A DNA stretch of 64,000 bases from Anaerolineae bacterium (lineage in GTDB: Bacteria; Chloroflexota; Anaerolineae; Aggregatilineales; Phototrophicaceae), in the NCBI GenBank assembly GCA_014879665.1, contig JACSRP010000145.1, forward strand, positions 6,507-70,506, written 5' to 3'. This document shows, one piece after another, positions 25,351 to 35,373 of the stretch. Made by a program: the position numbers and the translations under genes. The notes under the pieces were generated by a model, which saw only the letters and a list, made by a program, of their open reading frames with translations, was not told the DNA's origin and made no database searches. Numbering within the stretch: position 1 is the first letter of the stretch; the number at the start of each line of letters is the position of its first letter.

Positions 25351-28300
25351 CTAGTCATTTTCAGAGATGATCTCGCTGATGGCCTGTTCGATATGTTCGA
25401 ACGTCTGCCGCCATCTTGCGCGGTCAATTTCAATGGTCTGGTTCGAGCGAATATAGTGAATATATACGTCTAGAATATCTAATTCAAGCAGTGTCGCGGC
25501 GGCGTGAGCGTACACTGAAATCTGTAAAATATCATGTTCAGCCTGTTCATCGGGCGGAAGCTGGGCAGGCGTGGATGCCGTTTTGTAATCAATCAGCGCC
25601 CATGTGCCATCGTCCCGCTGAAATACCACATCAATGGTCCCATGAATCGTATTCTGACCTAGCTGAAGCACAAACGGCAGTTCACGAAAACATTGTTTGG
25701 CGCTTAAAACCTGCTGGTAAACAGCTGAATTGCGAACCGAGTGCAGCGCGGTTTGCGCGCGCTGTGCGGCGGCGATTCGATCCTGTTCACGTACCAGCCC
25801 TAATTCCCATGCGTCGTTGCATAACCTCTCAAATAGTTCCGGATGCGGCTGCAAATTGGTATCCCAGCGCAGAGCGCGGTGAATCAGTTCCCCGATGATT
25901 ACGCCAGAAATTCGCCCCGGTGCGGTGACTGCGCGGCTGATGGTGTGTGCGCCGCTTTGCAGATTTTCGGCGCGCCAGCGAGTGCGCATATAGATTTGTT
26001 GCGAAGGTTTAGCGGAAATGAACTCGCCCAATCCCGCTAGTGCCGTCGCCCGCACACCCCGTATGCGTGGCTGCTGCGCTGGAAGTGGCGCTAACAGCGG
26101 GGGCATTTCCGGCGAAATGGTCGTATTAGCACCTGAAAATGGAGCACCCGCGCGGGGCTGCACCATCTGTTCCGGGGTGTCTAAGTAATCGGGAAAGCAG
26201 AGGCGGCCTTCGCCCCAATCCCCTTGAAATCGGTATTCCTCAAACGCATTTTCTTCTGAAGGGGCGGCCTCAATGCGAAGCCCTGAACGCAGCAGCGAAA
26301 TCCAGTCGGTTTTATCGGCTTTATTTTCGCCAGAGATGATCAACAGGTCTTGCGCGCGGGTGGCCGCAACGTATAAAAGTCGCCGTGATTCGGCTTCCTC
26401 ACGTTGGCTTTCCAGCGTAACAGCCCGGCGATAAGTGAAGCTTTGCGGAACTTTATCCTGATCGTCAGCGCGCTGAAGTTTACAGACCCATTCCAGATCG
26501 GGATCGTTGATCAGCAGGTCGGCGTTGTTTCGTCTGCCCATGCTGGCGGCGTCAGCGATGATCACCACGGGAAATTCCAACCCCTTACTGGCATGTACCG
26601 ACATGATTTGCACCGCGCCCTCTACGCTGACGACAGCTTCACTTTCGCGCACTTCGAGATCGGTCAGGCTTTGTACGGTGCGGGTGAAAGCGCTGATAGA
26701 TTGGGTGGCTGCGCCGGGCTGCATGGCGAGCGTAACCAGTTTCTCAACATTCATTCGGCGGCGCGCGCCATCGGGCAGGGCGGTCAATATAGCCAGATAA
26801 CCAGTTTCGTCTAGCGCCATCTGCATCAGTTCGGCCACGCTGATGCGCCCGCTGAAGTCCGTCAGTTTTCGCAGCGTTTTTCGGGCAAAGGTGACGATTT
26901 CGAGATTATCTTCGGGAATATGATGATTTCTGGTCATCAGCGTGTACCACAGTGGTTGGCGCGCCATATCGGCGTTTTCCGGCAGGCGCAGCGCTAGCAG
27001 CATTTCATCGCTGAAGCCGAACAGTGGCGAGCGCAGCGCCGATGCCAATGCCAGTTCATCATTCGGGTTGTGCAGCGCGATCAGCAGGTGCAGCACATCC
27101 CACACTTCAGGGCGGTCGTAATAACTTCTGCCGCCAAGTGTCACGTAGGGAATGCCGGCCTCGCGCAGGCCGTTTTCATACAGCGTCACATTGCGCATTC
27201 CGCGAAATAGGATGGCAAAATCACCGTAATTCAGCGGGCGTAAATCTCCCTGCGCCTTGTCGTAACATGGCCTGCCGTGCGCAACCAACGTCTGAATTTT
27301 CCGGGCGATAGTTTGTGCCTCCCAAACCCTGCGCGCTTCGCTGTCCCCTTCACCCATTCGCTCTTTATCATGAAGATACAGTTCGATAGCGTTTTCATCA
27401 CAGGGTGGTTCAACACGATACGCGCGCATTGAAGCACCGTATATGGATTGGTAACGGGCAACCGGGCTGGAGTCGTCGCGGGTGAGAATATTGCTAAACG
27501 CAGCGTTGAAACAACCGACCAGCGGTTGATGGCTGCGAAAAGATTCATCTAGCGAAAGACTGAGTCCGCCGCTGGCATTGATCGCCGCCTCCGCCTGCTC
27601 AAAAGTGGTCGGATCGGCACCGCGAAAACGATAGATGCTCTGTTGAGGATCGCCGACGATGAACAGCGCCCCGGCACGTTCCGGGCTGGCGAGCGCGCGC
27701 ACGATCTCCCACTGCGCGGCGCTGGTATCCTGAAATTCATCCACCAGCAGATGTTGAAATTCCGCGCCGTCATAGCGCGCAGCTATTTCGGAAGCGGCCA
27801 GCAGTGCGCGCGTTTTGAGTTCCAGATCATCAAAGTCGAGCGCACGAGCTGCGTCTTTCAAACGTTGATAATGATCCCCGGCCAGTATCACCGCCTGTCG
27901 CCAACCTTCCAGCAGCAGGGCAGCACGGGCATCATCGTCACCGGGTGGGCTGCCAAGCGCCGCGAATGCCTCTCTACAGGCGGCCACCGCGCCGATCAGC
28001 ACAGCGCGATATTCTTTGACATCGCCCCATACCGCACCTGAACCGATATTCCCGACTTTTGCCCTCGACAAGGTTTGCAAGGCATACAGGCACGTTTCCA
28101 GATCGTCGCTAGAAAGCGCGCGCATGTGACCGGCATACTCTTGCCAGATAACAGTGAGCTTGTCGCTTTCCTGTATACCCTCAAAGCTAAAATCGCGCGC
28201 TTCGATGAATACTGCCGTATGCTGAAGCTGCATCAGGGTTTGCCGCAGCGCATGTAAATATGCCTGATTCCAATGCTCAAATAGATTTAACGGCAGCGCG

Positions 28301-28836
28301 CGCATGTCACTGTTCAGGTTTTCGCTCAGCGCCTTGATCACCTGCTGCGGATCGTATTCGTCAAACAACATCATCGCTAATTCCGGCATCGCTGCCAGAT
28401 CATACAGGGAGTCTTCAACGGCATTCTGGCGCATCAACAGCGATTGGGCTTCGTCCAGCACCGAAAAATCTGGATCAATGCCGATGATCGCAGCATTCGC
28501 GCGCAGCAGCGATGCGCACAGGCTGTGAATCGTGCCGATCCGCGCGCTGTCCATCTCGTTTAATCGCGCCTGCCACTGGATATCGCCGGTTTCGGCGGCC
28601 TTTGCCAGCAGCAGGCCGCGCACCCGGTCGCGCATTTCCCCGGCGGCTTTCTGGGTGAATGTGATCGCAACGATCTGGTTCAGCCGCCAATCAGGGCGGG
28701 CTTCCAGCAGCGATAGAAAACGGTTGGTCAGGATGAAGGTTTTGCCAGAGCCTGCCCCCGCGCTCACGGCAATATTGCAATCATGCCGGTTAATGGCGGC
28801 CTGCTGGGTGGCTGTGAGGGTGAACAACGGCGGCAT
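25351..28836 (-). CDS. addA: ATP-dependent helicase/nuclease subunit A (AddA/UvrD-REP family)
   Basis: It has the UvrD-type Walker A AGAGSGKTF, the DEFQDT Walker B, and a C-terminal PD-(D/E)XK-like GTIDVVF...ALIDYKT. It directly abuts addB with a 0-nt gap. Confidence 0.85.
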   Translation of the reverse strand: MPPLFTLTATQQAAINRHDCNIAVSAGAGSGKTFILTNRFLSLLEARPDWRLNQIVAITFTQKAAGEMRDRVRGLLLAKAAETGDIQWQARLNEMDSARIGTIHSLCASLLRANAAIIGIDPDFSVLDEAQSLLMRQNAVEDSLYDLAAMPELAMMLFDEYDPQQVIKALSENLNSDMRALPLNLFEHWNQAYLHALRQTLMQLQHTAVFIEARDFSFEGIQESDKLTVIWQEYAGHMRALSSDDLETCLYALQTLSRAKVGNIGSGAVWGDVKEYRAVLIGAVAACREAFAALGSPPGDDDARAALLLEGWRQAVILAGDHYQRLKDAARALDFDDLELKTRALLAASEIAARYDGAEFQHLLVDEFQDTSAAQWEIVRALASPERAGALFIVGDPQQSIYRFRGADPTTFEQAEAAINASGGLSLSLDESFRSHQPLVGCFNAAFSNILTRDDSSPVARYQSIYGASMRAYRVEPPCDENAIELYLHDKERMGEGDSEARRVWEAQTIARKIQTLVAHGRPCYDKAQGDLRPLNYGDFAILFRGMRNVTLYENGLREAGIPYVTLGGRSYYDRPEVWDVLHLLIALHNPNDELALASALRSPLFGFSDEMLLALRLPENADMARQPLWYTLMTRNHHIPEDNLEIVTFARKTLRKLTDFSGRISVAELMQMALDETGYLAILTALPDGARRRMNVEKLVTLAMQPGAATQSISAFTRTVQSLTDLEVRESEAVVSVEGAVQIMSVHASKGLEFPVVIIADAASMGRRNNADLLINDPDLEWVCKLQRADDQDKVPQSFTYRRAVTLESQREEAESRRLLYVAATRAQDLLIISGENKADKTDWISLLRSGLRIEAAPSEENAFEEYRFQGDWGEGRLCFPDYLDTPEQMVQPRAGAPFSGANTTISPEMPPLLAPLPAQQPRIRGVRATALAGLGEFISAKPSQQIYMRTRWRAENLQSGAHTISRAVTAPGRISGVIIGELIHRALRWDTNLQPHPELFERLCNDAWELGLVREQDRIAAAQRAQTALHSVRNSAVYQQVLSAKQCFRELPFVLQLGQNTIHGTIDVVFQRDDGTWALIDYKTASTPAQLPPDEQAEHDILQISVYAHAAATLLELDILDVYIHYIRSNQTIEIDRARWRQTFEHIEQAISEIISEND

Positions 28837-31800
28837 TTAGTGAACCGATTCGTTTCCGGCGCGGCGGCTGCCGCGTTGCCTGCGCTCCATCACGTGAATG
28901 CGGCATAACTGCGCATAGTCACAATACTGGTGGCATTTGTTTTCTTCCATGCCATTGGCCTCAGCACTGAAATCGCCCGCGCGCACCTGCTGAATATAAC
29001 GCGCGAGTGTCGCCTTGCCGGTTGTAGAATCGAGCGCCTTGCCGTTTGCGCCCGCCGGCACGTCATCTAACCAGAGTACATCGCCAGATTTTGCATCGCG
29101 CAGGCTGACAAATGCCCCGCCAATTTCGCGTGCATCCAGTAGTTCGCTGGCGGCCAGTAGGTAGGTCAATATCTGGAAACTGCGCCCCTGCGTATATTGT
29201 TTCAGGGTCGGCAGGCTGCTTTCGCTGCCAGATTTATAGTCAATGATCAACATACGACTGCCATCTTCAGCCAGATCAATACGGTCAATGGTGCCGCGCA
29301 TCCGGATGAATGTCTGATCGTCCAGCGCAATCGTGAGCGACGTGCTTTCACCAAAGCGCAGTTCCTGTTCAGAAAAATGGCGTCCCGATTGAAACTGCTT
29401 ATCTAATTTCATCGCCCCCTCAAAGTCTGCGCGCAGCACTTTTTGTAAGCGCTGGCGCAGCGCGGCGCTTTCTTGAGGCCACAGTGGGTGCGGCGCGAAA
29501 CCGAAGGTCGCAGGCGCAGAGTCCAGCACCTGCGCGGCGATCTGTTCCAACACCTCCAACGCGCTGTCCTCGTGGTCGGGATGAGGCTGTATTCCATTCT
29601 CGCTGAAATACCGGTACACCTGCTCCAGTATTTTGTGGCTGATGCTGCCGCGTATCAGAGCATTCGGGCCGATCTGCGGCTCGATAATCGGCTCAAGCTT
29701 GAGCACCCGCCCTGCGAAGAAGCGAAAACCGCAGCTGCCGATCAGGTCAAGCTGGCTGGCGCTCCACACATAAGACTCGCCCAGTATCCCGGCGATGTTT
29801 TGCAGCAGCCCGCCTTCGCCCAGATAGCCGTTGAAGATGCTGTGCCGCCGTTTCAGGCGATCCTGTTCGCCCTCGCGGTTGCGCTGTAAACGCCGCAACA
29901 TCGCTGGATGGGACTGTGTGAGCCATTCGATGTAGGGCGCGTGGTCTTTCTCATACGTGGCGGCTAGTACAATCGTGGCATCTGCCAGCGTTGGCGCGAG
30001 ATTAGGTGGGGGCAAGTCTCCGGGCTTCAGCCGGATGATCGGTAGATCATCAAAAAGTACTGTAACGCTGCGCCAGAGGGGGCTTTCGATCCACGGCGCC
30101 CCATTTTTCACGGTCGGGCGGGTGAGGGTGATCCCGGCTTTGGCCTGATTGATCAATTCATAAAAGATGCCGAAATCGTCGGTGCGCTCGGCCTGTGTCG
30201 AAAGCAAAACACCATTTTTACGAAGCTGAAGCCGTTCTTCATCCAGCAGCAGCGGGTTTTCCGGGGCTGGCGCGGGGAAAATGCCTTCTGATAGTCCCGG
30301 TATGAACAGATGACGGTGGGCGATCCCACGCGCATCGTTGACGACAGTTACCAGCACATGCCCTTCACGTTGGTGGCCCTCGACATAATCGCTTTCAACA
30401 GCAGCGCGAATAGAGGCCAGAAAACTCGCGAAATTGTGAAGTGGTGCGCCAAACGCGATTGCCAGCAGTTCTGCTGAAAGTAAACTACGCAGTGCCATTT
30501 TGAACCGGTCAATAGCGGCAATATCGCGCCCGATCAATTCCTGCTCATGGGCAGAACGTATTCTGGCAGGCAGGTTTAGATGATAGGGAGGCGCGGTTTC
30601 TTCTTCCGCGGCGGCTTCAGGCTGCGCTAAGGTATCCTCACCAAGCAGGTTCTCTAGCCATAGGATGTAATTTTCCGCATCCCCTTCCGGGGGCGGTGTA
30701 ATCTGCTCGAAAAAAGCCTCTAAGTAAACCCGCAGAGATCGAAGCCTTTCAATATCTGGTTCTGGCCGCGCTTCTCCTTCTTCATCCAGTGTGTCCGCTC
30801 CGGTACGGTTGATTTCTGCGTCCACCGCCGCCAACCAGCGAAGCCGCCCACCCGTAATGACATGCTTAAAGCTCAGGCGCTCTAGAAGGGCAGCTTCGCT
30901 CTGGCCGATTCCCGGAATCTGGAAATAGGGCGAGCGCAGTACATCCAACAAATCGCGCCGCCTGAAATCGCTGAAGGGCAAATCCAGCAGGGCGAAGACT
31001 GCGGCGACAGCTGGATTCTGAATCAGCGGCTGTGCGCGGTGAAACATAACCGGCATCTTCAGCCGCTTAAATCCCATCCGCAGCAGCGGCGCGTAAGTTT
31101 CCCAATCGCGCAGCGCGATCAGCAGGGCATCGGGCGCTTCGCCGTCCAGCAGCAGCCGCTTGATCTGCCGCAGAATTGCGTTCACTTCGCCGCTGGCCTC
31201 TGGCGCTTCAATCAGCGTGAGCGCCTGTGTGCCTTCTTCTACTCCAAACCGCGATGCTGATGGCTTCATTAAATTATTGCTGAGGTGGCGCAGCTGCGGG
31301 GGGCGCATATCAGGAATTTGGGGCAGTGTAATCGTGGTCAGCAGCTCCCCGGCAGCTTCCTGTAAGCGTTCCCGCGCTTGCGCGAACCGCTTACCCAATA
31401 AGGGGCGCTGCTCTGGAAAGGTTAAGGTGAGATAGGTGTTCGGAATAAGCCTGCTAAGCGCCGCTAAAAGCTCTGCCTGACTCCGTGGAAACTGGTCGTA
31501 ACCATCCACAATCAGCATTTGTACATCCTGAACGATTTGCGGTTGTGCTTGCAGGGCTTCTAACGCCAACCAGCCTTCACCTTCACGATCTGACAGCGCA
31601 TACTGCTGTAACGCCGCTTGATACGCCCTATAAATTTCTGCCAGATCCGTCGTCTTGGAATCGGCGGCGGCGGCTGAAAATAGTTCGGGTGTAATCAGGT
31701 TTTCCTTCAACTCGAAGATCAGATCGGAAAGCACCCGCGCTAAGCCCGACGTTCCGGCAATTGGCGCAAACAGACTGTTCGGGCGGCTCATTACGACGCT

Positions 31801-32088
31801 GCGCATCAGCAGTTGTTGGGACATATCATCTAATGTGCGCTGCGGTTTGCCGGCAGCCGCCAGTAAATGGCGATACAAATTGTAGAAATCGAAAAATTCG
31901 AGGTTGAAAAGCGGGCGCTCCGGCGAATTTTCTACCAGTCGCGTGCGAAAGGCGTTAATCTGGCGCTCGGTCGCCATCAAGATCCAGATTTTTGCCAGCG
32001 GGTCGCGCTGCTTTAGCTCCAGCAGGCTGCTCTGCACATATTCGGTTTTGCCCGCGCTGGAATCAGCCAGAATCAGTTGAAACATCAT
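28837..32088 (-). CDS. addB: ATP-dependent helicase/nuclease subunit B (AddB-type, Fe-S nuclease)
   Basis: It has a degenerate Walker A (ADSSAGKT), the nuclease motif GTIDRIDL...LIIDYKSG, and a Cys set (GSCGF plus C-terminal CHQYCDYAQLC) of the kind that ligates the AddB 4Fe-4S cluster. Confidence 0.8.
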   Translation of the reverse strand: MMFQLILADSSAGKTEYVQSSLLELKQRDPLAKIWILMATERQINAFRTRLVENSPERPLFNLEFFDFYNLYRHLLAAAGKPQRTLDDMSQQLLMRSVVMSRPNSLFAPIAGTSGLARVLSDLIFELKENLITPELFSAAAADSKTTDLAEIYRAYQAALQQYALSDREGEGWLALEALQAQPQIVQDVQMLIVDGYDQFPRSQAELLAALSRLIPNTYLTLTFPEQRPLLGKRFAQARERLQEAAGELLTTITLPQIPDMRPPQLRHLSNNLMKPSASRFGVEEGTQALTLIEAPEASGEVNAILRQIKRLLLDGEAPDALLIALRDWETYAPLLRMGFKRLKMPVMFHRAQPLIQNPAVAAVFALLDLPFSDFRRRDLLDVLRSPYFQIPGIGQSEAALLERLSFKHVITGGRLRWLAAVDAEINRTGADTLDEEGEARPEPDIERLRSLRVYLEAFFEQITPPPEGDAENYILWLENLLGEDTLAQPEAAAEEETAPPYHLNLPARIRSAHEQELIGRDIAAIDRFKMALRSLLSAELLAIAFGAPLHNFASFLASIRAAVESDYVEGHQREGHVLVTVVNDARGIAHRHLFIPGLSEGIFPAPAPENPLLLDEERLQLRKNGVLLSTQAERTDDFGIFYELINQAKAGITLTRPTVKNGAPWIESPLWRSVTVLFDDLPIIRLKPGDLPPPNLAPTLADATIVLAATYEKDHAPYIEWLTQSHPAMLRRLQRNREGEQDRLKRRHSIFNGYLGEGGLLQNIAGILGESYVWSASQLDLIGSCGFRFFAGRVLKLEPIIEPQIGPNALIRGSISHKILEQVYRYFSENGIQPHPDHEDSALEVLEQIAAQVLDSAPATFGFAPHPLWPQESAALRQRLQKVLRADFEGAMKLDKQFQSGRHFSEQELRFGESTSLTIALDDQTFIRMRGTIDRIDLAEDGSRMLIIDYKSGSESSLPTLKQYTQGRSFQILTYLLAASELLDAREIGGAFVSLRDAKSGDVLWLDDVPAGANGKALDSTTGKATLARYIQQVRAGDFSAEANGMEENKCHQYCDYAQLCRIHVMERRQRGSRRAGNESVH

Positions 32089-32093
32089 CAGCT

Positions 32094-32834
32094 TTAGGAA
32101 AGCAAGCTGCGTGTGATTGCGACGACCTGATTCGCGTCTAGCGGCGGGGAAGTAAGATAGCCGTTTTGCAGCGCCGGGTACAGATTCATGAGATGCGTCA
32201 CCGGAATTTCTGGATTGCGGATGGTTAGCCCCACGCGCTGCGGGTCTGGCGTAAAGACCACCATGCCGAAGATTGGCACGTCGCCAATCTCACGCTTGAT
32301 TAAAAATTCACGAACCTTGCGAATATCGGCAATATCTTCGCGGGTCGGGCTGAAACCGGCGGGAATCCATTCGCCGCTGCCGGCGCGTTTCAGCCAGTTT
32401 GCGCCTTCATTGATATAGGCGCCAGTATTGTCAACAATGCGGAAAACCATAATCCCCGGCGGCCCGATCAATGCGGCATCCACATAACCGATCGACCGCT
32501 TGTTGATGTTACGAATATAGGTGAAATTATTATCCAGCAGCGGCTCTAGATAGCGACCGGTGATCATCGCCAGATCATTATCTTTTCGGAACGTGGCCGC
32601 GCGCGCAGCCAGAATAATTGCGCCGATCAGCAGCAAAGCCCCGATACCAATGAGCGCGCCGCGCACCAGCGCATACAGCGCGTATGAGGGGTTTGCCGGA
32701 ATATCCAGCGGCAGCAAAATCATCAGAATGCCCATCGCGATAGCAAAAATGCCGCCAGATCCCATCAGAAAGGCGATGGTGTAAAGCTGATTTGCGCGGC
32801 GAGAAATAACGCGCTTAGGGGCAATGTTTTGCAT
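32094..32834 (-). CDS. Two-TM membrane protein with NERD-like (nuclease-related) cytoplasmic domain
   Basis: Two N-terminal TM helices are followed by GRYLEPLLDNNFTYIRNIN...GYVDAALIGPPGIMVFRIVDNTGAY...NW. This resembles the NERD pattern (G..E..L....., xxD.LVIGP.GIFV.E.K...G). It ends 5 nt before the addB start. Confidence 0.5.
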   Translation of the reverse strand: MQNIAPKRVISRRANQLYTIAFLMGSGGIFAIAMGILMILLPLDIPANPSYALYALVRGALIGIGALLLIGAIILAARAATFRKDNDLAMITGRYLEPLLDNNFTYIRNINKRSIGYVDAALIGPPGIMVFRIVDNTGAYINEGANWLKRAGSGEWIPAGFSPTREDIADIRKVREFLIKREIGDVPIFGMVVFTPDPQRVGLTIRNPEIPVTHLMNLYPALQNGYLTSPPLDANQVVAITRSLLS

Positions 32835-32854
32835 CTATTCGTACCTCATGGGAA

Positions 32855-33499
32855 TTAATCGTGATCAGGTGGTAGTGGTTGGGTAGGCGTCGTATCTTCA
32901 ACTGATGACGACATAAATTTGATGGATGTTGGTATACGTGTTTCAGATGTTTCGTCGGATTCGCTTTGTAGGGCGCGCGGCTCTTCCGGCAGTGTTTTAG
33001 GGAACAGGGCAGGTTTGCGCCGCGTGTGCTGCCGGCTGCGATTCTCTATTTTTGCAGCGTCGGGCAGTTTTGCCTGTGCTGCCGCGGTCTTTTCACGGCG
33101 GCTCACCAGTGCCCGCTCTAACGCTAATTTCAGATCGCGTAGTTTGGGCAGCGGTTTCTGGATGAAATCATCGGCCTGCGTTTGCTGTAGAATTTCGCGT
33201 TCGCGGGTAATGGAAAGTTTGTGAGCAGTGGTCAAAACTACGGCCGCATCTTTCAGGATCGGGCTTTCGCGTAAACGTTCGCCAACATCATTGCCCTGTG
33301 CGCGCCCCGCCAGGCGAATATCAATTAACACCAGTTCCGGAATTTCGCCGGTATAACGCCCGCTGTCAACATCCTCAATCCATGCAAGAGCTTCCTCGCC
33401 ATCCAGAAAGGCTTTTCCATCAATGCCCCAGACTTCGAACATTGTGAGTAGAAGATCGTTGATCGATCTCTCGTCTTCCACTACCATCCATATTGACAA
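32855..33499 (-). CDS. Stand-alone response-regulator receiver with disordered C-terminal tail
   Basis: The REC residues are present (VVEDE, LVLIDIRL phospho-Asp, VLTTA, IQKPL). The C-terminal ~85 aa are low-complexity, with no output domain. Confidence 0.8.
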   Translation of the reverse strand: MSIWMVVEDERSINDLLLTMFEVWGIDGKAFLDGEEALAWIEDVDSGRYTGEIPELVLIDIRLAGRAQGNDVGERLRESPILKDAAVVLTTAHKLSITREREILQQTQADDFIQKPLPKLRDLKLALERALVSRREKTAAAQAKLPDAAKIENRSRQHTRRKPALFPKTLPEEPRALQSESDETSETRIPTSIKFMSSSVEDTTPTQPLPPDHD

Positions 33500-33677
33500 T
33501 GGATAACTCCTGATAGTGATATTGGCGGCTTCAGCGAAACTCCAACCGTATCCTTACCCTTCTATCATACGTTTCAAACGCAGAATTACCAAACCTTGTA
33601 ACAATTTGTCAACGTATCTCAAGTATACTAGCATTGATCTTTAAGCTGTTATCAAATTTCCGCTGGAGGCAGTCCCT

Positions 33678-34100
33678 GTGTGGCTGGTGGCTGAAGACGA
33701 AACGGATATCCGGGTGCTCATTACCACAATGATTAGCGTCTGGGGGTATCAGGCGGTTGCGTTTGAAAATGGGCAAAAAGTGTGGGATTGGTTAGATCAA
33801 ATTGAAGCGGACGCCTTTATCGGCACGCTTCCTGATCTCGTCTTGATGGATATTCGTATGCCCGGCAAGAAGGGGAACGAAGTTGCCAATCGTATGCGTT
33901 CGATTGCAAAATTGGATCGTACGCCGATCGCGTTGATGACGGCGTTTTCGCTTTCGGATGGTGAACGCAAAGAAATGATCGATCAGGATGGTGTAGATAC
34001 AATCATCAGCAAGCCGCTTCCAGATTTCGACCAGCTTCGCCAGCTACTGCAAGCGTTAATTGAGAAGAAGAAGACGCCCACGCACCAGAATGGAGTGTGA
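33678..34100 (+). CDS. Single-domain response regulator (CheY-like)
   Basis: It starts at GTG after GGAGG. It has REC residues (VAEDE, LVLMDIRMP, LMTAF, ISKPL) and is 140 aa. Confidence 0.8.
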   Translation: MWLVAEDETDIRVLITTMISVWGYQAVAFENGQKVWDWLDQIEADAFIGTLPDLVLMDIRMPGKKGNEVANRMRSIAKLDRTPIALMTAFSLSDGERKEMIDQDGVDTIISKPLPDFDQLRQLLQALIEKKKTPTHQNGV

Positions 34101-35332
34101 TCCATCCGATGAGGGTACAACCACAGCCGGTACCGCCGGACGCAGCAGAGATTAGCGGGGTGATAAATCACGTGAACGATCTGGGAGTTGCATCAGAAAC
34201 CTTTTTTCGCAGGGTCTACCGCGGGCTAGGGCGCAAAAATGTAGAACAGCGCTCCATTGAAGAGCGTAATCGTCTGTTGCAGCGGGCTTTGGAACGCCGC
34301 GAAAGCGAGGTGCAGCGCCTTGATGCTATTCTGGCGACTATCGAGCAGGGCGTGATTATGCAGGATGGCGAAGGCCGCCTTGTGCTAATGAACGAAGCTG
34401 CGCGCAACCTGCTGGGTGGAGTGAAGGCTTTCTGGGAAAGCGAACTTGGGACGTTATTCAACCAGTTCCGCGAAGTGACCTCCGTCGCCAATGAAATTTT
34501 ACCGTTGAGTGAACCGACCCGTGTACAGATCAACAACCGCATCATCGGCGCGCAGTTGGCCGCTGTTGCTGATGAAAAGGGCGCGCGTTTGGGCACGTTG
34601 ATCGTGCTGCGCGATGTGACCAATGATGCCGTAGCAGATCGCCTAAAAGAGCAGTTTGTGATGGCCGTATCTCATGAACTGCGTACTCCTATGGCCGTGA
34701 TCAAAGGCGTTAGCGAGGTCATCCTTGAGCAGTCCGAGGAGGCCAAGCCTAGCCGCCGCTTGTTGGAAACCCTCAGCCGCAACGTAGACATTCTCGATCG
34801 CATGATCATAGAACTGCTGGATATTTCCGAGTTGGATGCCAGTAATTTTACGGTGCGCGCTGATCCACTCGATCTTGAAGATCTGCTCTGGGCAACCGTA
34901 CATGGCATGCAGGCCGAAATTCGGCAGGCAGGGCTGGATATCAGTGTGATGGTGCGCGATCAAGAATCGCTGCATATTCGCGGAGATTTACAGCGCCTGC
35001 GCTGGGCAATTGGCCATCTGCTGCAAAATGCCATCCGTTATACCGAGGAAGGCGGACATCTGATCCTGACTGCCAGCCGCGCGCATGATGCTATCACTAT
35101 GCAAGTGGTGGATACTGGCGTTGGCATTTCTGATCGTGATATGCCGCATATTTTTGAGCGTTTTTATCGCGGTGAAGCGCGCGCCGCTAATGGTAAGTTG
35201 ATCGATCCGCGTGGGCTGGGTCAGGGATTGTTCATCGCTCAAAAAGTGAGCGAGGCGCATGGCGGCTACCTGACCGCCGAAAGCCAGTCCGGGCAGGGCA
35301 GCATCTTCACAGTCGTGCTGCCAACCGTTTAG
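34097..35332 (+). CDS. Cytoplasmic sensor histidine kinase (PAS-like / HisKA / HATPase_c)
   Basis: It has the H-box SHELRTP, N-box LLQNAIRYT, and G-boxes DTGVGI and GLGQGL, with no TM helix. The GTG start overlaps the upstream REC stop (GTGA); an alternative ATG lies at 34109. Confidence 0.85.
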   Translation: MIHPMRVQPQPVPPDAAEISGVINHVNDLGVASETFFRRVYRGLGRKNVEQRSIEERNRLLQRALERRESEVQRLDAILATIEQGVIMQDGEGRLVLMNEAARNLLGGVKAFWESELGTLFNQFREVTSVANEILPLSEPTRVQINNRIIGAQLAAVADEKGARLGTLIVLRDVTNDAVADRLKEQFVMAVSHELRTPMAVIKGVSEVILEQSEEAKPSRRLLETLSRNVDILDRMIIELLDISELDASNFTVRADPLDLEDLLWATVHGMQAEIRQAGLDISVMVRDQESLHIRGDLQRLRWAIGHLLQNAIRYTEEGGHLILTASRAHDAITMQVVDTGVGISDRDMPHIFERFYRGEARAANGKLIDPRGLGQGLFIAQKVSEAHGGYLTAESQSGQGSIFTVVLPTV

Positions 35333-35373
35333 CCTGAGTCTGGTTAAGAAATTCGCGCAAGCTATAACCTCGC

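Noticed and set aside
33500-33677. A sigma-70 promoter pair in the REC/REC divergent region (TATACT at about 33626).
   Set aside because: No acceptable -35 hexamer lies at 16-18 nt spacing. The evidence is too weak to annotate.
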